Shown here piece after piece: positions 18,443-27,350 of a stretch of DNA of 64,000 nt (position 1 is the stretch's first letter; every line of letters begins with the position of its first letter). Made by a program: the position numbers and the translations under genes. Location of the stretch: contig DAOQUL010000007.1 in NCBI GenBank assembly GCA_035341015.1, positions 27,599-91,598 on the forward strand, given 5' to 3'. The notes under the pieces are model-generated. The model had not been told where the DNA came from. It searched no databases and saw only the letters and a list, made by a program, of their open reading frames with translations. This DNA is from Anaerolineales bacterium (GTDB taxonomy: Bacteria > Chloroflexota > Anaerolineae > Anaerolineales > UBA4823).

Positions 18443-19210
18443 TCATTCTTGCCCCTGGCTGCAAAGCAAAAGTTCTCGAATTAAGTCGCCTGGTTCTCTG
18501 GTGGTCAACGCCAGGATGGGCATTGCCATTTGGTCGGCCAGGGACTCGTCCAATTGGATGGTGTGAATGAGTGCAGCCTGGTCATTGGCGCCTGGCTGCA
18601 GCCAGGCTGCGGGCAGGTACCCAATGGCGTTTGCACTGCCGGCAACCGCCTCTAACATGACCTGTGGGTCTGCCGCCAGTAAAACCCGCCCGCTGCTTGC
18701 CGCCGTTCCCATGACTGCGCTTTCGAACACGCCGCGTGGCCCTTCTTGGGATGTATACGTCCAGGCCCGGATCTCAGTATCCGGGCGGTTTGTTTGCCAG
18801 GTGCTGGTTTCTGCGCTGTAAATAGCTTGCAGCTCTTGGCCTGTCATGCGTGCCACCAGGTTGTTGGCATTCACAATCACCACCAGGCGCTCTTCTCCTA
18901 GCAGTGTGGCCGTGTAGGATGTTTCTTGCAGCCCATCATCGCCCAAGGTCAGGATAATGTCTGCTTTGATCTCTGCCAGGGGGCGCACATTGGGTTGGGC
19001 ATACAGTGCAATGGACGGCTCATTAGCGCCACAAGCTTGCAGGCGCGCCAGCATGGGTTGCACTGCCGGCCTGTAGGCCACCAGGATCGGCTGTGGAGCG
19101 GCTGGCGCATCTACGGTGGGGACCGGACCGCAAGCTGCCCCAAGCAGGCAGGCGAGGCACAGCAAGATGCCTAGCCGCGGATAACCGCCACGAGAAGTGT
19201 GACCACGCAT
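18443..19210 (-). CDS. PstS-like periplasmic-binding-fold lipoprotein
   Basis: Signal peptide with Cys (LLGAAC) and an NAIGYLP motif typical of PBP-like domains. Overlaps the uppP 3' end by 40 nt. Confidence 0.55.
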   Translation of the reverse strand: MRGHTSRGGYPRLGILLCLACLLGAACGPVPTVDAPAAPQPILVAYRPAVQPMLARLQACGANEPSIALYAQPNVRPLAEIKADIILTLGDDGLQETSYTATLLGEERLVVIVNANNLVARMTGQELQAIYSAETSTWQTNRPDTEIRAWTYTSQEGPRGVFESAVMGTAASSGRVLLAADPQVMLEAVAGSANAIGYLPAAWLQPGANDQAALIHTIQLDESLADQMAMPILALTTREPGDLIRELLLCSQGQE

Positions 19211-19995
19211 AATCCCACGCAGTAGATGGCAAACCCATATAAGGGGCGGCGGGTGAGGTAGCGCAGCAGCCAGCGGATCGACAGGTACCCAACAATCGCC
19301 GCAGTGACAAAGCCTGTCGCCAGAGACGGGATGCGGCTGGCGAAGCCTGGTATTTCGGTCAGGTCGAGCACTGCCAGAACGCCCGCTCCCAACATCACCG
19401 GAACCGACATCAAGAAGGAGAAACGCGCCGCGCTGCTGCGATCCAGGTTGCGGATCATACCGCCGGCGATCGTAGACCCCGAGCGTGAAACGCCTGGAAA
19501 AACCGAAAGTAGCTGGAAAGCTCCCATCACCAGGGCGTCCACCCAGGTCATTTTCTCCATCCCACGGTCGCGCCGTCCAACACGTTCAGCAGTGACCAAC
19601 AAGGCCGCAGTAACCAATAGAAATAAAGCGGTTGCCACCGGGCTGCCGAAGGCAGACTCTACCAGGTCCTTGATCAACAAACCACCCAGCACAGCCGGTA
19701 TGGTCGCCAGGACAATGTACCAACCCTGGAGTGCCAGGGTATCTCCAAAGGGCTGCCTGCGCCACAGCGCGCTGAAAAACGCCCTTACAATTCCCCACAG
19801 GTGATCCCAAAAATAAACGATCACCGCCAACAAAGTGCCTAGCTGAACCAGTACATCAAAAACAAAGGCGTCGTCGGCAGGTATCTCCCAGCCAAGCAAG
19901 TAGGGGGTAAGTACCAGGTGGGCTGAGCTGGAGATGGGGAGAAACTCGGTCAAGCCCTGGATGATCCCCAGGATGATGGATTGTAAAATGGTCAT
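19171..19995 (-). CDS. uppP: undecaprenyl-diphosphate phosphatase
   Basis: BacA signature LTEFLPISSSAHL; eight-TM-type protein. Confidence 0.9.
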   Translation of the reverse strand: MTILQSIILGIIQGLTEFLPISSSAHLVLTPYLLGWEIPADDAFVFDVLVQLGTLLAVIVYFWDHLWGIVRAFFSALWRRQPFGDTLALQGWYIVLATIPAVLGGLLIKDLVESAFGSPVATALFLLVTAALLVTAERVGRRDRGMEKMTWVDALVMGAFQLLSVFPGVSRSGSTIAGGMIRNLDRSSAARFSFLMSVPVMLGAGVLAVLDLTEIPGFASRIPSLATGFVTAAIVGYLSIRWLLRYLTRRPLYGFAIYCVGLCVVTLLVAVIRG

Positions 19996-21107
19996 TTTTT
20001 CCCTTGTCGTTGCGCAAAAAAATCTGCCGCAAAGGCTTCCATGCGGCCTGCCAGGATTGCCTGGCGGATTTCACGCATCAGTTGAAGTAAAGTATGCAGG
20101 TTGTGGATGGTTAACAGGGTTGATGCCAGCATCTCTTTGGCCACCACCAGGTGGCGCAAGTAAGCGCGTGAGAAGTGCTGGCAGGTATAGCATGTGCAAT
20201 CGGTAGCAATCGGGTTCTCATCCGCCGCATGGATGGCGTTGACCAGGTTCAATCGCCCGGTGCGGGTGATGGCGGCGTGATGGCGGGCCAGGCGGGTTGG
20301 TAAGACGCAGTCGAAAATGTCAATTCCGCGCAGCACACCGTTCACCAGATCCTCAGGGGCGCCCACACCCATCAGGTAGCGTGGGCGGTCTTCGGGCAAG
20401 ATGGCGTTGACCACTTCGATCGATGCGTGCATTTCTTCTTTCGTTTCGCCAACCGATAAGCCGCCAATGGCATGCCCCGGAAAGCCCAGCCCGGCGATAT
20501 ATTCTGCCGAACGTTGGCGCAGCTCTGGGTAGATGCCGCCCTGCACAATGCCAAATAAGGCCTGGTCGTTGCGCTGGTGCGCCCGCAAACAGCGCTCGGC
20601 CCAGGCATGGGTGCGCGCCATGGCGCGCTCGTTGTAGGCCAGGTCATATGGAGGGGCGCATTCATCAAAGGCCATGATGATATCGGCCCCCAGGTTTTCT
20701 TGGATGGCAATCGATTTCTCGGGTGTCAGACGGTGGGTCGAGCCATCGATATGGCTCTTAAAGGTCACGCCGTCATCGTCGATCTTGCGGCTGGCAGAGA
20801 GCGAGAATACCTGGAATCCGCCCGAATCGGTCAGCATTGGGTGAGGCCACTGCATGAAACGATGTAGACCACCCATCTGTGCCACCAGGGCGTCTCCTGG
20901 GCGCAAGTACAGGTGGTACGTGTTGGCCAAAACCAGGCTGGCCCCCAATTCTTCTAGCTGAGCAGGGGTAGCCGCTTTGACCGTGGCTTGTGTCCCCACG
21001 GGAGCGAAGAGCGGCGTGAGCAGGTCGCCATGCGGGGTATGGAAAACCCCCGCACGGGCTCGACCGTCACGTGAATAGATGTCATATGAAAAGAGGCCGT
21101 TTGTCAC
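19992..21107 (-). CDS. tgt: tRNA-guanine transglycosylase
   Basis: Catalytic LTDSGGFQV and zinc site CTCYTCQHFSRAYLRHL. GTG start. Confidence 0.92.
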   Translation of the reverse strand: MTNGLFSYDIYSRDGRARAGVFHTPHGDLLTPLFAPVGTQATVKAATPAQLEELGASLVLANTYHLYLRPGDALVAQMGGLHRFMQWPHPMLTDSGGFQVFSLSASRKIDDDGVTFKSHIDGSTHRLTPEKSIAIQENLGADIIMAFDECAPPYDLAYNERAMARTHAWAERCLRAHQRNDQALFGIVQGGIYPELRQRSAEYIAGLGFPGHAIGGLSVGETKEEMHASIEVVNAILPEDRPRYLMGVGAPEDLVNGVLRGIDIFDCVLPTRLARHHAAITRTGRLNLVNAIHAADENPIATDCTCYTCQHFSRAYLRHLVVAKEMLASTLLTIHNLHTLLQLMREIRQAILAGRMEAFAADFFAQRQGKK

Positions 21108-21112
21108 GAAGC

Positions 21113-21142
21113 TTGATTATAACCTAAAAGCATTGATATAAT
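21113..21142 (+). promoter_or_regulatory. sigma70-type promoter of the aminotransferase gene, overlapped by a 23-bp palindrome
   Basis: TTGATT (21113-21118), 18-nt spacer, TGaTATAAT (21134-21142). Palindrome aaaagcatt-gatat-aatgctttt at 21126-21148. The opposite strand shows TATAAT at 21116-21121, 8 nt before the tgt GTG. Confidence 0.45.
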
Positions 21143-21266
21143 GCTTTTACCCGGGACTATTTGATAACCATCCTGTAGGAAGGACACATCACCGGAGTTT
21201 GTCCAGCGGCGAAAGTGCAACGTTCCCGTTCCCAGGTTCCTGCAGGCATAAGACAGGAGAGAATCT

Positions 21267-22586
21267 ATGCAAATCTATAACCTTCCAGGGCCCAAGGCCA
21301 AATCAATCATTGAGCGCGACCAGGCTGTGATTTCACCATCCTACGCACGTTCATACCCCTTTGTGATGGATCGTGGTAACGGCAGCGTAGTTTGGGATGT
21401 GGATGGTAACCGTTTCTTGGATTTTGCAGCCGGCATTGCCGTCAATTCCACCGGTCACAGCCACCCGAAAGTTGTTGAAGCGATCAAGAAACAGACCGAC
21501 AAGTTCCTGCATATCTCGTCAGATTTCTACCACGAGAATTGGGTTGAGTTGGGCGAACGTTTGGATCAAATAGCTCCTTTTAAAGAAGATGCCGTATCGT
21601 TCATGACCAATTCAGGCACCGAAAGCGTTGAGGCCGCCATCAAGCTGGCTCGCTATCACACCGGCGCAACGCAATTTATTGGCTTTTTGGGTGCTTTTCA
21701 TGGGCGCACATTGGGCTCGCTGAGTTTCACCGCCAGCAAGCCGCTCTATCACGAGGGTTTTTATCCTTTAATGAATGGGGTTGTGCACGCCCCGTATCCC
21801 AATCCATACCGTCCGCTTCTGCTTTCAAAGCCGGGCGAGGATTATGGTGTTACAGTTGTTCGTTACCTGGAAGAACAAGTTTTGGGCAAGCTGCTGCCGG
21901 CCGAGGATGTGGCGGGCATCTTGATTGAGCCGATCCAGGGCGAGGGTGGTTATGTGGTTCCTACGCCGGGCTTCTTCCCTGCCTTGCGTGATTTGTGTGA
22001 CCGGCACGACATCTTGCTGATTGCAGATGAAGTCCAGTCTGGCATGGGCCGTACCGGCAAGTGGTGGGCCATCGAGCACTTTGGCGTTGAGCCAGATATC
22101 GTTTGTTCGGGCAAGGGTATTGCTTCGGGCTTGCCCCTGGGCGCCATTATTGCTCGTAAGAGCATTGTCACCTGGCCCCTGGGTTCGCACGGCAATACCT
22201 ATGGTGGCAATCCCATTGCCTGCGCCGCCGCTTTAGCGACCATCGATTTGATCCAGAATGGGTACATGCAGAACGCCACAGAAGTGGGCGGGTACGCCCT
22301 GGATGCTTTGAATGAGATCGCAGCCCGGCACACCAGCATTGGTGAGGTGCGCGGCAGGGGTCTGATGATCGGCGTGGAGTTTGTCAAGGATCACCAGACG
22401 CGCGAGCCAGATCATGATCTGCGCGAGCGTGTGGTGCATCACGCTTTTGAACGTGGTTTGCTGACCCTGGGCTGCGGCCGTAACACCATCCGTATCTCAC
22501 CGCCCCTGAACATGACGCGCGACGAGATGGATTCTGGGTTAGAGATCTTCGAAGAGGCCATTTCTCTGGCCGAGAAGGAAAACTAA
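21267..22586 (+). CDS. class-III PLP aminotransferase (acetylornithine/GABA aminotransferase family)
   Basis: DEVQSGMGRTGKWWA and the Schiff-base Lys context CSGKGIASG. Confidence 0.85.
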   Translation: MQIYNLPGPKAKSIIERDQAVISPSYARSYPFVMDRGNGSVVWDVDGNRFLDFAAGIAVNSTGHSHPKVVEAIKKQTDKFLHISSDFYHENWVELGERLDQIAPFKEDAVSFMTNSGTESVEAAIKLARYHTGATQFIGFLGAFHGRTLGSLSFTASKPLYHEGFYPLMNGVVHAPYPNPYRPLLLSKPGEDYGVTVVRYLEEQVLGKLLPAEDVAGILIEPIQGEGGYVVPTPGFFPALRDLCDRHDILLIADEVQSGMGRTGKWWAIEHFGVEPDIVCSGKGIASGLPLGAIIARKSIVTWPLGSHGNTYGGNPIACAAALATIDLIQNGYMQNATEVGGYALDALNEIAARHTSIGEVRGRGLMIGVEFVKDHQTREPDHDLRERVVHHAFERGLLTLGCGRNTIRISPPLNMTRDEMDSGLEIFEEAISLAEKEN

Positions 22587-22593
22587 AACACGA

Positions 22594-24147
22594 ATGTTGC
22601 CTGATTTTCGGGTCCGCCAGCGCGACTACCTGCTGGAAATCAGCCGGGCGCTGACCCAAGAGCTAGACCTCGACAAGCTCTTGGAACGCATCCTCTACAT
22701 TGCCGCAGAGATGCTGGCGGGCCAGGCAGGTTTAATTGCACTGCGTTCGAAGCCAGGGGGGTGGACCGTGGCAGCATCCCACGGTTTCCCCCCTGCTTTG
22801 GCGCGCTATTTGGAACCATTGTTGGCTGGCGTCTCAGATTATGAAGATCCGGCCCGATTTGAGTTGCCAGAGATCAACCGCTTGCTGCAAGAGTTGGCCC
22901 GTTCGGTCAGCCTGGGTTTGTTAACCGGGGTGGGCTTGCCCCTCATCGCTCGCCAGCATGTGATCGGTGTCATCTTCATTTTTCGCAATTATCGGGGTGT
23001 ATTTTCAACCAATGACCGGGCTTTGTTGGCCAGCTTTGCCGACCAGGCTGCCATTGCCGTTCAGAATGCTCAACTTTACAAGCAAATCAGCCATGAAAAA
23101 CAGCGCATGGATGCCCTGCTTGATTCGGCTGCTGATGGCATCCTGATCCTTTCCTCAGATCACAGCATCACTCGCAGTAACCCTGCCTTTGCTCGCATGT
23201 TGGGCGAACCGCTAGAAGCCATCCTGGGCAAGCAGCACAGCGCTGTTGTTCACCTGGCTCGCCGTGAAGATGGCCAAACCCTAGAACAAGCCGCTGCCAA
23301 TGGTTGGCCGCTGCGGCCTGACGTATCCTTATATGTCGAAGGCGACCTGAAACGCTCGAATGGTGCGCCTTTGCCGGTTGGCATTACGTATGCACCTCTG
23401 ATGACGCAAGATGGGTCTTTGCAAAGCATCATCGCCACCGTGCGGGATATTACGCACTTCCGCGAGGCTGAGGAGATCAAGAGCACTTTTATCTCGGTCA
23501 TCAGCCACGAGTTGAAGACCCCGGTTGCATTGATCAAAGGTTATGTGGGTACACTGCGCCGCGAAGATGTGCATTGGGAGCGCGAAATTGTCCAAGACAG
23601 CCTGCAGGTCATTGAAGAAGAAGCCGATCGCCTGGCAGGCATGATTGAAAATTTGCTGGATGCATCGCGTTTGCAGGTGGGTGGCCTGACTCTCAAATTG
23701 GCCGACCTGGATCTGCCAGCCCTGGCAAAGCGCATGGCTGAGCGGTTCCGCACCCAAAGCTCTATTCATACGATTACAGTAGATTTTCCGCCCAATTTTC
23801 CTGTTCTTATGGGCGATGACGCCCGCCTGGAACAGGTGTTTTCAAACCTGCTGTCTAATGCGATTAAATATGCCGTTCAGGGTGGAGAGATCCAGATTTC
23901 TGGGCAGGTGCAGCCTGATCAGGTGATGATCTGCGTGAGTGACCACGGACCTGGGCTGTCACCGGATGATATCCCGTTCATTTTTGATAGTTTTTACCGT
24001 TCCACCGATGCAAAACGCACTACCAAGGGGGCCGGCCTGGGCCTTTACCTGGCGCGTGCGGTGGTTGAAGCACACGGTGGGCATATCTGGGCTGATCCCA
24101 ACCCAGGCGGCGGCGCCCGCATCTGTTTTACACTGCCGCGCTCATAA
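22594..24147 (+). CDS. GAF-PAS sensor histidine kinase (soluble)
   Basis: H-box SVISHELKTP, N-box LLSNAIKY, G-boxes DHGPGL and GAGLGLYLA. No TM segments. Confidence 0.9.
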   Translation: MLPDFRVRQRDYLLEISRALTQELDLDKLLERILYIAAEMLAGQAGLIALRSKPGGWTVAASHGFPPALARYLEPLLAGVSDYEDPARFELPEINRLLQELARSVSLGLLTGVGLPLIARQHVIGVIFIFRNYRGVFSTNDRALLASFADQAAIAVQNAQLYKQISHEKQRMDALLDSAADGILILSSDHSITRSNPAFARMLGEPLEAILGKQHSAVVHLARREDGQTLEQAAANGWPLRPDVSLYVEGDLKRSNGAPLPVGITYAPLMTQDGSLQSIIATVRDITHFREAEEIKSTFISVISHELKTPVALIKGYVGTLRREDVHWEREIVQDSLQVIEEEADRLAGMIENLLDASRLQVGGLTLKLADLDLPALAKRMAERFRTQSSIHTITVDFPPNFPVLMGDDARLEQVFSNLLSNAIKYAVQGGEIQISGQVQPDQVMICVSDHGPGLSPDDIPFIFDSFYRSTDAKRTTKGAGLGLYLARAVVEAHGGHIWADPNPGGGARICFTLPRS

Positions 24148-24168
24148 ATCCATCTTTAGGAGAATTTC

Positions 24169-25506
24169 ATGTCCAAGACCCGTATTAACTGCCCCAACTG
24201 CCGCCAGCCGATCATGGCCGACGTGGAACAACTTTTCGATGTCGGGGCTGAACCTTCTCTCAAGCAGACCTTCTTGTCGGGGGCTTTTAATATCGCCCAG
24301 TGCCCGCATTGCGGTTACCAGGGCATGCTGACCACGCCTCTCGTGTATCACGATCCTGAAAAAGAGCTGCTGTTGACCTATTTCCCGGCCGAGCTTGGGC
24401 TGCCGGTGACAGAACAGGAGCGGGTCATTGGTCCAATGATCACTCGTATCACCAACGCTTTGCCCCAAGAGAAGCGCAAAGCGTATTTACTGCGCCCTCA
24501 AACCATGTTTACGCTTCAGGGCATGTTGGAACGCATCTTGGAAGCCGATGGTATTACGCGCGAGATGATCCAGGCTCAACAGCAGCGCTTGGCCCTCTTG
24601 CAGCGATTGCTGGGCGCATCAGACGAGATGATCGCCCAGATTGCGGCTCAAGAGGATGCCACGCTGGATGCCGAGTTCTACGGCTTGTTATCCCGTTTGC
24701 TCGAGACCTCGATGATGAGCGGTGATCAAGAATCGGCCCAGCGCCTGGGAGAATTACAGAAAAAGTTGATGCCTTTAACCACCTTTGGCCGCAAGATACA
24801 AGAGCAGTCTAAGGAAGTAGAAGCCGCGGTCAATGAGTTGCGCTCAGCCGGGCAGAACCTGACGCGCGAGAAGTTATTGGAATTGGTAGTGAATGCCCCC
24901 AATGACATCCGTTTGAGCGCCTACGTGAGCATGGCACGCCAGGGTATGGATTATGCCTTCTTCCAACTGTTTAGCGAACGCATTGAGCACGCTGCAGGTG
25001 CCGAGCAGACGCGCCTGGCTGAGCTGCGTGAGCGGGTGTTGGAGATGACGCGTGCAATCGATCAGCAGATCGGGGACCAGGTGCAGCGCGCCCGGCAGTT
25101 GTTGAACACGGTCTTAACTGCCCCCAACATCAAAGAAGCGACGGCTCAAAACCTGCCTGCGATCGACGAGTTCTTCTTGCAAGCGTTGGAGGAAGAGATG
25201 GATGCGGCCCGGAAAAAGGGTGACCTGGAGCACATCGCCAAGTGCAAGCAGGTTGAAGAAGTGTTGCGAGAAGCCAGCGCCCCGCCGCCTGAATTGGCCC
25301 TGGTCGAAGAATTGCTTGGGGCTCCTGATGAGCAAACTTTGAAGGCCAAGCTGGAAGAACACCGCAAAGAGCTGACCCCTGAATTTATGGAAGTGCTGAC
25401 AGCACTCATCGCCCGCACCCAATCGGGTGAAGAGCAAGGCATCAACCAGCGCCTGCAGACGATCTATGGCCTGGCGCTGCGCATGGCAATGCAAGCCAAC
25501 CTGTAG
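24169..25506 (+). CDS. CpXC-domain protein with long helical C-terminal extension
   Basis: Two zinc-ribbon pairs, CPNCRQP and CPHCGY, in the first 55 aa. The remaining ~390 aa are Glu/Leu/Gln-rich helical sequence. Confidence 0.65.
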   Translation: MSKTRINCPNCRQPIMADVEQLFDVGAEPSLKQTFLSGAFNIAQCPHCGYQGMLTTPLVYHDPEKELLLTYFPAELGLPVTEQERVIGPMITRITNALPQEKRKAYLLRPQTMFTLQGMLERILEADGITREMIQAQQQRLALLQRLLGASDEMIAQIAAQEDATLDAEFYGLLSRLLETSMMSGDQESAQRLGELQKKLMPLTTFGRKIQEQSKEVEAAVNELRSAGQNLTREKLLELVVNAPNDIRLSAYVSMARQGMDYAFFQLFSERIEHAAGAEQTRLAELRERVLEMTRAIDQQIGDQVQRARQLLNTVLTAPNIKEATAQNLPAIDEFFLQALEEEMDAARKKGDLEHIAKCKQVEEVLREASAPPPELALVEELLGAPDEQTLKAKLEEHRKELTPEFMEVLTALIARTQSGEEQGINQRLQTIYGLALRMAMQANL

Positions 25507-25514
25507 TAATGGTT

Positions 25515-25558
25515 ATAAACGAAAAGATGCGGCTTTTTTGCCGCATCTTTTCGTTTAT
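25515..25558. terminator. bidirectional terminator between the convergent CpXC and FHA genes
   Basis: 19-bp perfect stem ataaacgaaaagatgcggc / gccgcatcttttcgtttat around a tttttt loop. Confidence 0.65.
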
Positions 25559-26241
25559 TTGATCAGGGGGTTTTCTAGCCGCAGGCCGTGCCCGCGCACT
25601 GTCACCAGGTAATTCTCCGTGGGGTCTAAAGCCGCCAGGCGGTCTCGTAAACGCCGGACGAGTGCATCCAGCGCCTGTTCGGTAACGCCGGCTGCCTCTT
25701 CTTCGCTCCAGACACATTGGACCAATGCTTCGCGGGTCACTACCTCTCCCTGGCTGTCGTACAAGATTTCGAGCAGTTGAAATTGCGATACAGACAGAGG
25801 CGGCAGAAGCTCTTTGCCTTTGATCCACACCCGGCGCGAACGTTTGTCTAGGTGCAGGTGCCGCATCTGGGGGAGAAAATCGGCTGGTTCGGGCAAATTG
25901 GCATCCAGGGGCAGGGTGGCATCAGAGCTCAAGTATATGAACTGTTGGGCTAGGGCTATTTGGATGATATCGCCATCTTGCAGGATCACTGGATCGCTAA
26001 TTGCATGCCCGTTGCAGTGGGTGCCGTTCTTGCTGCCCATATCTTCCAACTGCGTGCCGTCTGGTGTGATCGTAAAGCGTGCATGGTAGCGCGAAACCTG
26101 CCGGTCAGAAACCATCACGTCGCAAGTCTGGTCACGCCCAATGACCAGGCTCTCTTTTAGCGTCCAACGCTGCCCATTTAACGGGCCGGCTTGTGCTACG
26201 ATGGTTGGCAGGTCTTCATTGTTCTTCAGCATGGCATTCAT
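25555..26241 (-). CDS. FHA domain fused to OmpR/PhoB-type winged-helix DNA-binding domain
   Basis: FHA signature GRDQTCDVMVSDRQVSRYHARF...GSKNGTHCNG. C-terminal LSVSQFQLLEILY...ALDALVRRLRDRL...YLVTVRGHGLRL resembles Trans_reg_C. No receiver domain. Confidence 0.8.
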   Translation of the reverse strand: MNAMLKNNEDLPTIVAQAGPLNGQRWTLKESLVIGRDQTCDVMVSDRQVSRYHARFTITPDGTQLEDMGSKNGTHCNGHAISDPVILQDGDIIQIALAQQFIYLSSDATLPLDANLPEPADFLPQMRHLHLDKRSRRVWIKGKELLPPLSVSQFQLLEILYDSQGEVVTREALVQCVWSEEEAAGVTEQALDALVRRLRDRLAALDPTENYLVTVRGHGLRLENPLIK

Positions 26242-26249
26242 CTTTGGCG

Positions 26250-26257
26250 ATTATACC
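26250..26257 (-). promoter_or_regulatory. -10 element GGTATAAT 8 nt upstream of the FHA-wHTH ATG (leaderless arrangement)
   Basis: The minus strand reads ggtataat-cgccaaag-ATG. No SD is possible in 8 nt. Confidence 0.45.
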
Positions 26258-26353
26258 TTATCCACGGGCTGCATCCAATAGAGATTAAGCCAGAATAAAG
26301 CTTTTGCCTGTTATAATAAGTGTGCAATCCCGCAACGCCAGCGGAGATAACTT

Positions 26354-27346
26354 ATGCCTACGCCCTTACGCTCTGGAGAAGTCCTCAGAAGTCGCTATAA
26401 GGTCCGCAGGATCATTGGGCATGGTGGTATGGGGAGCATTTACCTGGCTGACGACCTTCGCCTGGAGGGCCGTCAGTGTGCTCTGAAAGAAGTGGAGCAT
26501 GATCGCAGCCTGCCGCCCGAAATTGTACAACAGGCCCGTGAGCAGTTCTTGCGTGAAGCGACTGTTTTGGCGCGCCTGGACCACCCCAATTTGCCCAAAG
26601 TATCTGATTACTTCTCGATGGGGGTGCGTGATTACCTGGTGATGGATTTTGTGCCAGGCGAAGACTTGCGCATCATGATGATGGAAGCGCGCCAAGGCAA
26701 TACTTTCTTGCCCGAAAGTGATGTGTTGGTATGGGCGGGGCAGTTGGCCGATGCCCTGGCTTACTTGCACAGCCAGACGCCTCCCATCTTGCACCGGGAT
26801 ATCAAACCTAGCAACTTAAAGGTTACCCCAAGTGGGTTGTTGAAGCTGGTGGACTTTGGGTTGGTGAAGATTTTGTCGTCGGATGATGTTACGGTCACGG
26901 TTTTACAGGGGCGGGGAACGGCGCTGTACACCCCCCTGGAGCAATATGGCGGCGATTCGGGCCATACAGATGCGCGCAGCGATATCTATGCCTTTGGCGC
27001 TACCCTATACCATTTATTGACCAATACGCCCCCCGCAGAAGCGCGCGAAAGGTTTTTACACCCCGAAAACTTAGCCCCTCCCCGGCAAATCAACTCGAGC
27101 CTGAACCCACGCACTGAGAAGGCCATCTTATGGGCCATGAGTTTGCATCCTGACGAGCGTCCACAGAGTGTGGATGCCTTCCGTGAAGCCTTGCTCGGCG
27201 AAAACTGGACCCCGCCGCCGCGCCTTACGCGTAAACCTGCTGCCCCTTCTTTGTGGTCTATCCTCACTGCCCGGCGCGAACAGCCGCTGATTTGGATCAC
27301 AGCCGGCTTATTGATCTTGAGCTTGTTGTTTACGGTACTTCGTTAG
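26354..27346 (+). CDS. Hanks-type Ser/Thr protein kinase, C-terminal tail anchor
   Basis: Motifs HRDIKPSNLKV, DFGL and CALKEV. A single C-terminal TM (LIWITAGLLILSLLFTVL) with essentially no ectodomain. TATAAT at 26312-26317 and a GGAG SD upstream. Confidence 0.9.
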   Translation: MPTPLRSGEVLRSRYKVRRIIGHGGMGSIYLADDLRLEGRQCALKEVEHDRSLPPEIVQQAREQFLREATVLARLDHPNLPKVSDYFSMGVRDYLVMDFVPGEDLRIMMMEARQGNTFLPESDVLVWAGQLADALAYLHSQTPPILHRDIKPSNLKVTPSGLLKLVDFGLVKILSSDDVTVTVLQGRGTALYTPLEQYGGDSGHTDARSDIYAFGATLYHLLTNTPPAEARERFLHPENLAPPRQINSSLNPRTEKAILWAMSLHPDERPQSVDAFREALLGENWTPPPRLTRKPAAPSLWSILTARREQPLIWITAGLLILSLLFTVLR

Positions 27347-27350
27347 GCGA

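Noticed and set aside
18443-19210. The 40-nt overlap between the uppP 3' end and the PstS-like lipoprotein start could mean a mis-called start.
   Set aside because: The only in-frame alternative after the uppP stop (TTG at Leu17) would remove the positively charged n-region of the signal peptide. The ATG start with the overlap is therefore kept. It is unusual but not evidently artefactual.
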